Assembly: GCF_031769215.1 (NCBI RefSeq)
Contig: NW_026781958.1
Location: 310,001 to 374,000 of the forward strand
Reading direction: 5' to 3'
Origin: Ylistrum balloti
Lineage: Eukaryota
Length of the DNA: 64,000 bases
In this document: positions 1 through 12,600 of the stretch, piece by piece
Position numbering within the stretch: position 1 is the first letter of the stretch
Layout of the letters: each line of letters opens with the position of its first letter
The notes under the pieces: generated by a model
What the model was told of the DNA's origin: nothing
Databases searched by the model: none
Seen by the model: the letters and a program-made list of their open reading frames with translations, nothing else
Position numbers and translations under genes: made by a program

Positions 1-858
1 CAATATTGTTAAAATAAAACCTTAAAGGATCAGAAGATATTGATGATATTCAGGAACTCATTCAAGAGATTGGTAATAAATGATTTTTTGTTAATTCCCA
101 AGTAAAATGATTTTTGAAACTTTAATATCATGTAAGACAAAAATCAATACTTCAAAAGTGATATTACATGTTCCAAAACATTTTTTTATTCAATATAATC
201 ATTTACATCTTAGTATTCATTTTAATCCAAGTAAGTTTCAATCACAAAACACACCAAGTGTCATCAGTACATGTTATATCTATTGTATAAATATCCCTCT
301 CACAGCTGACACTTGGTATGTGTTGTGAATGAAACTTACTTGGAGAAATTTTGCTGTTTTATTTCATTGCCTTGCATACCCTTCAGTATCCACACCTAAT
401 GCGAAGCACCCTACTTATCAACCAACTCACTCTGAACTGATGCTGACTCTTTTTTTGTTAATCTTATTCATTTTGAAACATTAAATCATGAATACTTCTT
501 TGACATGGGATGGGCATATAGGGGTCCACCCAGTTGTTAACTATGTTTCAGTTCAGAAGATAACCCCAAACCATGGGATTTTTCCAAAATTCCTAAAATG
601 GCAGTGTTCATCTTTCAAGTGCATATATTTTATGTTATAAAAAATCCACAATATCTAAGGTGTTATTTTCTTTTTGATTTGTAAATTAATCCACTATTTA
701 TTTGGTACATACGTACAGTGTAATGAAAAAAAAATCAATTATTCCTTAAAAATTCTTTTATGTTACTCATTAACATATACTAATAAAAGTTATCAATTAT
801 TGATATGTGTCAGGATTCTGAATGAGTATAAATGGAAATTAATTTTAATGGTACTTAC

Positions 859-2373
859 AATCCATCATCTGTCATGGCATTCTGGCGTAATGACTGGCCT
901 GCTACTTTGATCAAATTCTGAAAGACGAAGTTACAAACTATTATCAAATACAATAAAATGGTCCAATAATCCTGTAAGGAGACTAAAGACCGGTTAGAAG
1001 GTGTTTATATTTTATACATGTTTACAAATAAATACAAAAACAGGCTGAGTGTTGAAAATTACCCTAAGCATTTTGGGTTGTTTTTTTTAATTGTTCCACT
1101 TTTCCACATTTGTAACAACAAGACATTCCTGAATAAATCTCTGTATTAATGAAAGGACCATGATTATTTCATGAGTAAAATGAGAAATCAAGATCATCTG
1201 GTTACAAGTTCACAATCATTGATTAATTAACCTGGACTTTACTCAGTGATCTGTTCCCCACCTTTAGAATTTCTTTTCCTTTAATTTAGATAAAGTGATT
1301 TCAGCCAAACAGAGTCAGTCTAATGATACAAGCCCTATGGACCTCTTGTTAAACACTTGTGCCAGTATGTACATGTACAGGTTGAAGTTTTCAGGACAAT
1401 TTGTGCTATACCATAGTCTCAACATCAAAAAAGTATCGAATGAAGGGTAAATTCATGAATCAGTTTTAAATCTGTGGTGCAGTATTTGACAAAATAATGC
1501 AAGCAATCAAAAATAAGTTATAAGCAATTCAGTCAAGGATCACTGTTTCCATTACATTGAACTTGAACAGCATATATGCATGTCACGTAAATGTGTATTT
1601 GAAACTAACTTACAGGGACTCAGTGTCTGCTTGAGCTGCCAGATGCAATATATTTATGTTAACAAATGCTATGCTCTTTTAAGGCTTTCCCTTCTAAATG
1701 ATTGTGCAAATCACTTCACCCTTCCTTTTCTTCGCCACTAGATCATGATGACTTCACAATATTAATGTTCACTGTAAAATGTTGTTTTCGGAAAGGACAA
1801 GATTATGAAGATACAGGATCATCCTCGATACTCCAGGATTACACCCACTTTCGCTCTGTGTACCCCTGGAACATTTCATGGAAAAAACTGAAGGCACAAG
1901 GGGAGTAATTTTATTTGTTTAGAGTGGGTTTCACGGGAAGAAACATGACGCGTCAGAGTCTGATATGTATGTATGCTCCTTTGAAGATTGCAAATGTCAA
2001 ATTATCTACAACAATCTTCATAACATACCATTATGGACCTCGAAATTCGTTTGATGTACATCAAAGGATCAAACTAGTCTGTCCGTGTTGTCCACAAGAT
2101 GTCACACAAGGAACCTTCAATTTTGCAAAGAAATGTTCCAAGAGTGCAAAGAATGATAGTTAGCGTGATCCCTGAAGTATCGAAGATGGAAACGGGGTAT
2201 GATTTGACGTATATGCTGCAAAATCTTACCGCAAGTGACTCTTTTAACCTTGGTACAAGAATCTTAACTCGATGAACCGGATCAGAATCCGTTAACTGCT
2301 GCTGCTGTTGTTGTGATGGAGCATTTTGCTGCCCTTGTGGGGCCTGCATTCTGTGGTCTGCCGATGCAGCCAT
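859..2373 (-). CDS. MED29: Mediator of RNA polymerase II transcription subunit 29 (Intersex), exons 1-2; the gene continues beyond the left edge
   Basis: Exon 1 2373-2230 encodes MAASADHRMQAPQGQQNAPSQQQQQQLTDSDPVHRVKILVPRLKESLA with donor GCG|GTAAGA. Exon 2 917-859 has acceptor TTTCAG|, encodes NLIKVAGQSLRQNAMTDDG and has donor TT|GTAAGT. Phases are compatible. The Q-rich N-terminus plus DPV.R.K.L.P.LKESL..L.KVA.Q....N...D.G matches MED29 as I recall it. The C-terminal exon(s) were not found in the window. Confidence 0.9.
1820..2188. mobile_element. Putative MITE-like element with ~55-bp imperfect terminal inverted repeats, in MED29 intron 1
   Basis: ~1820-1876 (CATCCTCGATACTCCAGGATTACAC...CCCTGGAACATTT) is the reverse complement of ~2131-2188 (AAATGTTCCAAGAG...GCGTGATCCCTGAAGTATCGAAGATG). 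No clear TSD. Confidence 0.5.
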
Positions 2374-3859
2374 CTTTAATTTGCCGCAATCAAAATCATA
2401 CTAACGCTTAAGCGGTGCGTTCGATTGAGAACCATTTTTCGACTTCAGTAATTATTTTGTTGTAGGTCTAATAAAAATTATTTTGAATGATGACTTTAAA
2501 GCATAAAATTCTAGAAATAATTAAATTTACTGAAAAAGGTGTCAGTTTAGTATCCAATCGGTATTTTGACATTAGTTCCCAATATTCTTCAGTCGCCTGG
2601 CTTTAGCTACGACTGTAATTAAATTGCTCTAAAGATAACTGTTGAGTCCTAGAGCGGAATATCTATGTGATGCGGTTTAATAAGCTATTTGACTAATCAT
2701 GTATGATTCCACTGTTAAATGTTTCAATTAAATAGGTATGATGTAGGTTCCATAGGTCCATGACACGAAAATATCAAACCTATCAAAAATGCGCTTAACA
2801 TAACCTGAAAAAAAACTGTTAGATTCCGAGGGAAGGTGTGCAGGGTCTCGGCACCAGTTCGACTGGTTGATTACAGCTGATTCACTAGCTAAAGGAATCG
2901 AGGTTTTCTTATTATTCGTGATGTTTTGAAAAATATCACGACAAATTTTGGAATATGTGTGTGTTTTATTGTTGCTGTTTTGGCTTGGTAAACACAAAAC
3001 TGACTCATACTATTTGAGGTAATTAGATAAACTAATAATTATTAGTTTATAAATAAGATATATAAACTTTAAATAAAATCATCCAGTTTGTTTTCTTTCA
3101 GAATATAGACATGTACTTGACATTCTTTTGAAATCTTTGAATTTTGAAAATCATGAAATTAAATGAATAGGTTTCTGACATTGATGACCAATTAGGATAT
3201 TCTTTGGTCGCCTCCAATGTTGGTCCTTATCACCGACGAGTCCTAGAAGGACGGAACAGATGTATGTTGTTGTTTATTATTCATCTTCGATGTTCCGCAT
3301 GGATTACAATCACTTACATATGTTCCAGAAGATTAAGGAGGCCCGTGAAGATATTCCTTATTTGGCTCTCTACTGTTTTTCTAATTAGTCTTGCAAGGTG
3401 CTATTCATTTGTGTGTCGTTTGTAAAATGTTAAACCATAAAACAACCGCCATCTCAGACATGTACAACTTTATTTTGCTTCCTCATCGAACGATATCCAA
3501 CATTAGTTACAATATACAGTGTACTTAAGGTGGCAAAATATAGACAGCAAACAGTAATTTATCAAACTTACTTATCACAAAAAAGACCTAGAAACAGATC
3601 GAAGAGTTCTCATTAAGACTAACACATTAATTTCAGGTCTTGTTTTTGTCTCTTTGTTATGTCTTTTAATATATTTTAAATATCTGATAGCCAAGCGAAA
3701 TATGTCACTAATTCAATTATCTTTTCAGGACTTTCATAAAGTTTGCTACATTGAGTAATTAGGACCCCAATGTTCAATCAGAATGTAACCAAAGAAAGCA
3801 TACTATACGGTGATATACATCATTTACCAAGTACACATAAAAAGTCACGAATAAAATAA

Positions 3860-4361
3860 ATCACGTGATTTGTTTAAATTCTATAAATTCCAGGACACAA
3901 TCACGTGGTTTATTTACATTTTAATTATTCCAGGACAAAATCACATATTTAATTTACATTTTATTAATTCCAGGACAAAATCACGTGTTTTATTTACATT
4001 TTATTAATTCCTTGAACTAAATTACGTGGTTTGTTTACATTTTATTAATTCCAGAACAAAATCACGTGGTTTATTTACATTATATTAATTCCAGGACATA
4101 ATCACGTGGTTTATTTACATTTTATTAATTCAAGGACACAATCACAGGGTTTATTTACATTTCTATTAATTCCAGAACATAATCACGTGGTTTATTTACA
4201 TTTTATTAATTCAAGGACATAATCACGTGATTTATTGACATTCTATAAATTCCAGGATACAATCACGTGATTTATTGACATTCTATAAATTCCAGAACAA
4301 AATCACGTGGTTTATTTACATTTTAAAAATTACTGCACACAATCACGTGGTTTATTTACAC
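3860..4361 (+). repeat. 40-bp minisatellite, ~12 copies, most units carrying a CACGTG E-box
   Basis: Unit AATCACGTGGTTTATTTACATTTTATTAATTCCAGGACAT; 40-bp period read from ATCACGTGGT at 4061 and 4101. Confidence 0.95.
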
Positions 4362-5195
4362 GTTTCATACTTTTTGAGCCTCGTGCGCTATTGGCTTACA
4401 GGTAATTCTACACTCAACTGTCAAAAAAAGAAAGTCATATCGATATATCAACAGATTCGTCATTCTGTTGGTCAAGCCAAGAAATGTCAGAATTTTAGGT
4501 TTATTACAACGAAAAAACCAGACATAAATCCTATTAACTTCTGTTGTCTAAGGAAATCAAGCCTCTCTCGATGAGAGCTTGATGGCGACTTCCCTATAAT
4601 CATTGTAAATCTGCATATCTCGAAAGTTTTCCTGTCAGTTGTTGACATCTATCAAGAAAATCGTGATAATGGAAGTAATTATAAGCTCCTTGATTGTCGA
4701 ATCCCCCGTGACATGTAAATAAATACTACAGGATGGGTAAGCAGGGATTTATTCCGGAGGGTTCCGATTATCTATGCTCGATTTTATTTTCGTCTTAGTT
4801 CCGAAAAATAGTCTGAATTCCTCCCTAGCTGTAATATAGCTGTCTAGACATGGAACGTTCACTAGAGATGCTCTATGACAAATGATTGCAGGAAGCGGTT
4901 AATTCAGAAGCGCCTGTCCTGCCATTGATTCATGTTAAAATATACACAGCATCGTGACATCAAGTCGTGACATCGAAAGTCAAACGAGTACAGGTATACT
5001 AATAACACCAGTTAATGTAAACGTTTATTTAGATATGCTGTTAACATACACTGTAAGTGGCTTCGGAACACAGAGGAGAATGAAGATGAAAAAATGAACA
5101 TTTACTCTCAGACAGGGATCGCACGTAGTTCTGCCAATACAAAAACGTAACAGTTGTATAGGAGCTCTCGACTTTCATTTAATCTCAGCTCCATC

Positions 5196-5260
5196 ATCTT
5201 CGATACTCCAGAGGTTACACAGAGAGCGATAGTTAGCGTGACCCCTGGGGTATCGAGGAT
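5196..5260. repeat. Palindromic element (25-nt arms, 15-nt spacer) related to the repeats at 1820 and 2131
   Basis: ATCTTCGATACTCCAGAGGTTACAC-AGAGAGCGATAGTTA-GCGTGACCCCTGGGGTATCGAGGAT; the arms pair with a few G-T and A-C mismatches. Confidence 0.8.
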
Positions 5261-6684
5261 AGGTCACCATCGAACGTCAAGTTTATCGCAATGAAACAAA
5301 GCGGAAGTAACTAAGGGAGATAATTGGACTTAACGTTTTCTTACTTCATTGTACATAATACACACCAATAGAATACCTCTCTTATCTTTCTCACATACAT
5401 TCAATCAATGGGCGAATTCTTGCATATCAGCTCTACAATCGACTGCCTTTTCATGAAAGAACTTCGTTAGAGAGTTAAAGAAGCTGGCCCCAGGTAGAAA
5501 TAAACAGTTTCTCGGTATGGCCATAGCTGATCTTTTTGTTCGTTAGATTACCCCATTATAAAGGTTTTAATCAAAATTTCAAAATATAAATTCTTGCTGA
5601 AATTGGTCTTGTCAAGTTAACGTGGACAATGTGGGGTTTCATTTGTATCAGAATAATATTTTAGCTTTGTGTTGGAGATTACTATTTGGGCAGTCTCGAA
5701 TCTGTGTCTTCGCGCCAAAAACCAGCTTTACAGCAAGTAAAATTTTCATAGTGTTTACATGTGGTCATGTTATGAAGGATTTCCAAGTTGGAATTTGCTG
5801 AAATGTAAGTATTTTGTTACCATGACAGTGTTGTTGATTTTAAGATAGGTGTTTGGAAATAAATAGCTGTAGTGTTAGGTTGGAATTAGCAGTATTTTTG
5901 CATTTTTAGCATTTTTTCATTAGGTAACCATGGCAATCACATGTCATAAATCAGCAGAAATTTTTGATTTACGCAAATTTTATCTCTCTACTTTTAATGT
6001 AATTGTTATGTAGTTTTTAAATATGTATACATGTAATGATGTATTTTTCCTAACCAAACTGCTATACCTGTATATCTCACATGACCAACCATTTCAGGAA
6101 AAATGCAAATCAACTGTTTCTGGCTACCCCAGTTTCACGAATCTTAACTTCAATTGAAAAGCGTCACATAATTTCAGAACAAACTTATATTTAAGGAAAT
6201 GTCCTTATCTTATGTAATGCTTTCTTACGAGGAAATTTAAGTCAAGAAAAAATCCTAATTTACGGTAGATTCATGAAAATGGGCCAAGAAAGTCATAACG
6301 GAAATATTTCCATGGACTGAACGTTGTCTTCCTTGTTATGTTGTTTCTGTGAAATCATTAATTTTTGCTGATGTATTATTTTCGTTCATTTCGTGGGCAA
6401 TCTTAAAGACCGAATTCACATTTCTACGACCTGTTGTTATCAGTGTGAGCATATTCTTAGCTATACTTATCTACAAATTCAAGTGTCCACGAAACAGAAA
6501 TTCAAAAAAGGAAAATTTAGCCCCACAAAAATATTTTTAACAGTATTTCTTTATTTGCTATTATCTTTTAAAATCAGAATTCCAGCCTGATTGTGACATG
6601 ATTATTGTGTGTGGACAGTATGTACACGCCGAAAGTTTTATGCCTTGTGTGAGAGAGAGACGGGGTGCTTGCAGGGTGTCCTTT

Positions 6685-9600
6685 TTATATTTGAGGTGAT
6701 ATTTGTCTCTTTGCAGATTTCTGACTTCGATATTGATATAAACTATTCAAATCTAACAGGATGATTAAGACGAATGGAACAGCCAACATCACAGCTCCCA
6801 CAGCCCCAATCGTCTTTGCCGATGTCCGCGAGTCTTTGGCACTCGTCTTCCGACGTACACTCACTGTTCAAACAAAACATAAAGTATAGGCTACTGATAC
6901 TGTCACGTGCGTTGTAGATGATTTAACACAAGCATGAAAATGAGGCTTAAATGAGCTGTTATGCGCTGACATATAAACACTACTCGAATATAGTTTTTAT
7001 GGGTCTCTGTGTAAATGTTTCTGTTGTTCATGAGTTGACCAGTTTTGTCGGAATTTGAAGTAAGGTTCCGGTGACATATTGGTATCTAATGTTGTTTTTG
7101 TTTTGTTTTTTGTTTTGTTTTGTTTATATATATACGCGATATTTTTTAAAAATATGAATTCCTGTACTTACGGCTTGTTTTTGTTTTGTCAACTTTCAGT
7201 TCTGCTTTGAGCATATCGATGACTTTCATAAGTTCCTCTGACGTCATGTTGGTCATGTTATTTCGGAAGGACGTAGAAGCGTTTGGACAGAGAACTGAAA
7301 TAACAACACACAATCCATTTAGATAATGTTTCCTGACAATTATATATTCCCTGACAGTTATTTATTTCCTGACATTTATTGATTTCCTGACATTAATTCA
7401 TTTTCAGACATTTATCTATTTCCTGATATTTATCTATTTCCTGATATTTATTTATTTCCTTACCTTTATTGATTTCCTGACATTTATCTATTTCCTGACA
7501 TTAATTGATTTCCTGACATTTATCTATTTCCTGACATTAATTGATTTCCTGACATTTATCTATTTCCTGACATTTATCTATTTCCTGATATTTATCTATT
7601 TCCTGACATTTATCTATTTCCTGACATTAATTGATTTCCTGACATTTATCTATTTTCTGACATTAATTGATTTCCTGACATTTATCTATTTCCTGATATT
7701 TATCTATTTCCTGACATTTATCTATTTCCTGACATTAATTGATTTCCTGACATTTATCTATTTCCTGAGATTTATCTATTTCCTGACATTTATCTATTTC
7801 CTGACATTTATCTATTTCCTGACATTAATTGATTTCCTGACATTTATCTATTTCCTGACATTAATTGATTTCCTGACATTTACCTATTTCCTGATATTTA
7901 TCTATTTCCTGACATTTATCTATTTCCTGACATTAATTGATTTCCTGACATTTATTGATTTACTGACATTTTTTGATTTCCTGACATTTATCTATTTCCT
8001 GACATTTATCTATTTCCTGATATTTATCTATTTCCTGATATTTATCTATTTCCTGACATTAATTATGACATTTATTATTTCCTGACATTAATTGATTTCC
8101 TGACATTTATCTATTTCCTGATATTTATCTATTTCCTGATATTTATTTATTTCCTTACCTTTATTGATTTCCTGACATTTATCTATTTCCTGACATTAAT
8201 TGATTTCCTGACATTTTATCTATTTCCTGACATTAATTGATTTCTTGACATTTATCTATTTCCTGACATTTATCTATTTCCTGAATTTAATTGATTTCGT
8301 GACATTTATCTATTTCCTGACATTTATCTATTTCCTGACATTAATTGATTTCCTGACATTTATCTATTTCCTGACATTTATCTATTTCCTGACATTAATT
8401 GATTTCCTGACATTTATCTATTTCCTGACATTTATCAATTTCCTGACATTTATCTATTTCCTGACATTTATTGATTTCCTGACATTTATCAATTTCCTGA
8501 CATTTATCTATTTCCTGACATTTATTGATTCCCTGACATTTTTTGATTTCCTGACATTTATCTACTTGCTGACATTTTTTGATTTCCTGACATTTATCTA
8601 TTTCCTGATATTTATCTATTTCCTGACATTCATCTATTTCCTGACATTTATCTACTTGCTGACATTTTTTGATTTCCTGACATTTATCTATTTCCTGATA
8701 TTTATCTATTTCCTGATATTTATCTATTTCCTGATATTAATTGATTTCCTGACATTTATTGATTTCCTGACATTAATTGATTTCCTGATATTTATCTATT
8801 TCCTGATATTTATTTATTTCCTTACCTTTATTGATTTCCTGACATTTATCTATTTCCTGACATTAATTGATTTCCTGACATTTATCTATTTCCTGACATT
8901 TATCTATTTCCTGACATTTATCTATTTCCTGACATTTATCTATTTCCTGACATTTATCTATTTCCTGACATTTATTGATTTCCTGACATTTTTTGATTTC
9001 CTGACATTTATCTACTTGCTGACATTTTATGATTTCCTGACATTTATCTATTTCCTGATATTTATCTATTTCCTGACATTCATCTATTTCCTGACATTTA
9101 TCTACTTGCTGACATTTATTGATTTCCTGACATTTTTTGATTTCCTGACATTAATTGATTTCCTGACATTTATCTATTTCCTGACATTTTTTGATTTCCT
9201 GACATTTATCTACTTGCTGACATTTTTTGATTTCCTGACATTTATCTATTTCCTGACATTTATCTATTTCCTGATATTAATTGATTTCCTGACATTTATC
9301 TATTTCCTGACATTTATCTATTTCCTGACATTAATTGATTTCCTGACATTTATTGATTTCCTGACATTTATCTTTTCCTGACATTAATTGATTTCCTGAC
9401 ATTAATTGATTTCCTGACATTTATTGATTTCCTGACATTTATCTTTTCCTGACATTAATTGATTTCCTGACATTTATTGATTTCCTGACATTTATCTTTT
9501 CCTGACATTAATTGATTTCCTGACATTTATCTTTTCCTGACATTTTTCTATTTCCTGACATTTATTGATTTCTTGACATTTATCTATTTCCTGACATTTA

Positions 9601-12600
9601 TCTATTTCCTGACATTTATTGATTTCTTGACATTTATCTATTTCCTGACATTTATTGATTTCCTGACATTTATCTATTTCCTGACATTTATCTATTTCCT
9701 GACATTAACTGATTTCCTGACATTTATCTATTTCCTGACATTTATTGATTTCTTGACATTTATCTATTTCCTGACATTTATTGATTTCCTGATATTTATC
9801 TATTTCCTGACATTTATTGATTTCTTGACATTTATCTATTTCCTGACATTTATTGATTTCTTGACATTTATCTATTTCCTGACATTAATTGATTTCTTGA
9901 CATTTATCTATTTCCTGACATTCATTGATTTCTTGACATTTATCTATTTCCTGACATTTATCTATTTCCTGACATTTATTGATTTCTTGACATTTATCTA
10001 TTTCCTGACATTAATTGATTTCCTGACATTTATCTATTTCCTGACATGTATTGATTTCCTGACATTTATCTATTTCCTGACATTTATCTATTTCCTGACA
10101 TTTATTGATTTCTTGACATTTATCTATTTCCTGACATTTATCTATTTCCTGACATTTATCTATTATTCATCTTTTTCCTGATATTTACTTGATTAAGATT
10201 TACATGGCGGGTGTCATCAATGAAGCTGAAATCGCTTACTCTTCCGGGAAACCTGGTTTTATTATCCTTGCACTTTTTCAGGAATCCCGTAAACATCTTT
10301 ATTTTGTTCATATTACGCCCTGGTTTTGTTGAGTTTGAGTTTGGATAATGATTGTGTTACCATGTTGGTATTTTCCTGTTTTCCCCATAGACAAACATAG
10401 AAAAAGGACAATTTTTTAAAGTATTATACAAGAATCCGTATGACACCTTTCTCAGGTAGTACTTTAAAAAATCTGCGAGATCACACACATTAAAGAGCAT
10501 GGCAGAGACACAAAGAAAAAGACACTTCCGCCGTAACCAAGCACGCCATGGAGACTGGTAACGACCGGCCAGGAGTCCCTTTTATTGAAAGAGAGTAGTA
10601 ATGGATGCAAAAAAAATCAACATACTTGGACAAGGGTCAGTACTACATGGAATGGTCTCTGATGTGTTTCCAGAACAATCAGATCCGGTCCCAACAGGTG
10701 TCGGGTCATCACATGCCCTCGTTCTGGTCTTACTTCCGGTTCCGCATGTTCTTGAACAACTTCCATATGAACCCCATTCGGAAAATCCACCATTTACTTC
10801 AAAAGATGCAAACATCATCATCATCATCATAAAAGCATGAAGTTAAAGCAGATTATGAAAAAGCAGTTTCATACAACGTAATAAAACATTCACCGTACTA
10901 AGTTTATCTGATTTTGCAATACTTACAATTTTCGCAGTGAGTTCCAAAGTAGTCTCCTTTGCATATACACTTATATTTGCAGATAGCCCCATTTTTACAA
11001 TCAGATGGCAGGCAGGAGTTCGTATCTGGGAAACGATATGCCAATACAATCATTCTTTATACTCGAGGAACTATTTGAAAATCACACATAAGTGAATATC
11101 ACCTTTCAATATAAATTTGGAATATGATACAGTTTTGATCAAAAATAAATGAAAGCTGTTTCTTTCTGGTAGGACTTAGCAATGCTGAAAAGTTTTAGTG
11201 TTAGGGGCAACTGATAAAAGGGAAAAACTTACAAGAGCTTTGGGAGTGTATATGTAAAATATAATTGGACCAAATGATCCGCCAGGGTAAGCGTCTTTTG
11301 CTTGATCAACGACATCAGCCATATTAATTTAGATCAAAGCAAAATCGAATCCAAATTCCCAAAACATAGTTAGAGCAAGAAATCTCCAACTTATGCTAGT
11401 CAACGCCAAGTTCAAAATCGGAAAGAGACAGATTTCGGATATATATATATATATTCATACCACACCACAAAGATTAGGCACACAGCTACATATATAGATG
11501 TAAATTGACTTACAAACCCAGATCGCAAAAACATCCGCTGTCGCTTGATCTGTAATAGAAATTATATCAACGCAGTAAATCATATTTAGAATACATACTT
11601 GTTTATAACTGCAACGCTCGCGGAATGTTCCCGAGAGTAGCTCTTCAATGCCTGGAAAAATGATACAATAAGCAGAGTTGCCTCTTTTCCTATATGTGTT
11701 GCCAAATGCACTTTGTCTGGACAAACATTTTCTGACTTGTAGTGGTAAAAGAAGTGTTACAAAATATTTCTTATAAATACTTTGGGTGATTTAACGTTTA
11801 CTAATAATCTTATTCATTAAACATTTATATGTACTCGTGTGTGTGTGTGATATAAAAATCATTGTAGGAATTAAACCATTGGTCTTTGACCGACAATGTA
11901 CTGATAACGTTACTTAATGAGAAAAAGAGGGTGAAACATTAAATATTTTCATATCGACATATTATGACATCACAATCGATTTCTGACTTTCACAGCCAAT
12001 AAAAGATACTCAAGGTTATATTACATTTGTGACACGTATCAGAGACGTACATGTATATAACAAGGTTATATTACATTTGTGACACGTATCAGAGACGTAC
12101 ATGTGTGTAACAAGGTTATATTACATTTGTGACACGTATCAGAGACCTACATGTAACAAGGTTATATTACATTTGACCAGAGACGTACATGTACATGTAC
12201 ATGTAACAAGGTTATATTACATTTGTGACATGTATCAGAGACGTACATGTATATAACAAGGTTATATTACATTTGTGACATGCATCAGAGACCTACATGT
12301 GTGTAACAAGGTTATATTACATTTGTGACATGTATCAGAGACCTACATGTATATAACAAGGTTATATTACATTTGTGACATGCATCAGAGACGTACATGT
12401 ATATAACAAGGTTATATTACATTTGTGACACGTATCAGAGACGTACATGTGTGTAACAAGGTTATATTACATTTGTGACACGTATCAGAGACCTACATGT
12501 ATGTAACAAGGTTATATTACATTTGTGACATGTATCAGAGACGTACATGTATGTAACAAGGTTATATTACATTTGTGACATGCATCAGAGACGTACATGT

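Noticed and set aside
28-72. Exon-like + strand stretch (SEDIDDIQELIQEI) at the left edge
   Set aside because: It is too short, has weak splice sites, has no partner exons and lies within the MED29 span on the opposite strand.
8245-10181. Long hydrophobic ORFs of 378 and 202 aa (LTFIYF repeats)
   Set aside because: They are translations of an 18-bp intronic minisatellite on the strand opposite the host gene, with non-ATG starts. A unit length divisible by 3 with no stop explains them.
10582-10625. Read-through of the TSP1 exon giving a hydrophobic tail (SMLIFFASITTLFQ-stop), suggestive of a GPI signal
   Set aside because: There is a good GTATGT donor at 10625, and downstream stalk and TM exons fit in phase. 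It is possible only as an intron-retention isoform, for which I have no evidence.
11598-11652. 53-nt segment with good splice signals (GIEELLSGTFRERCSYKQ) inside the receptor gene
   Set aside because: Its phases (1 to 0) are incompatible with the flanking phase-1 exons, and the model is complete without it. It could only be a poison exon.
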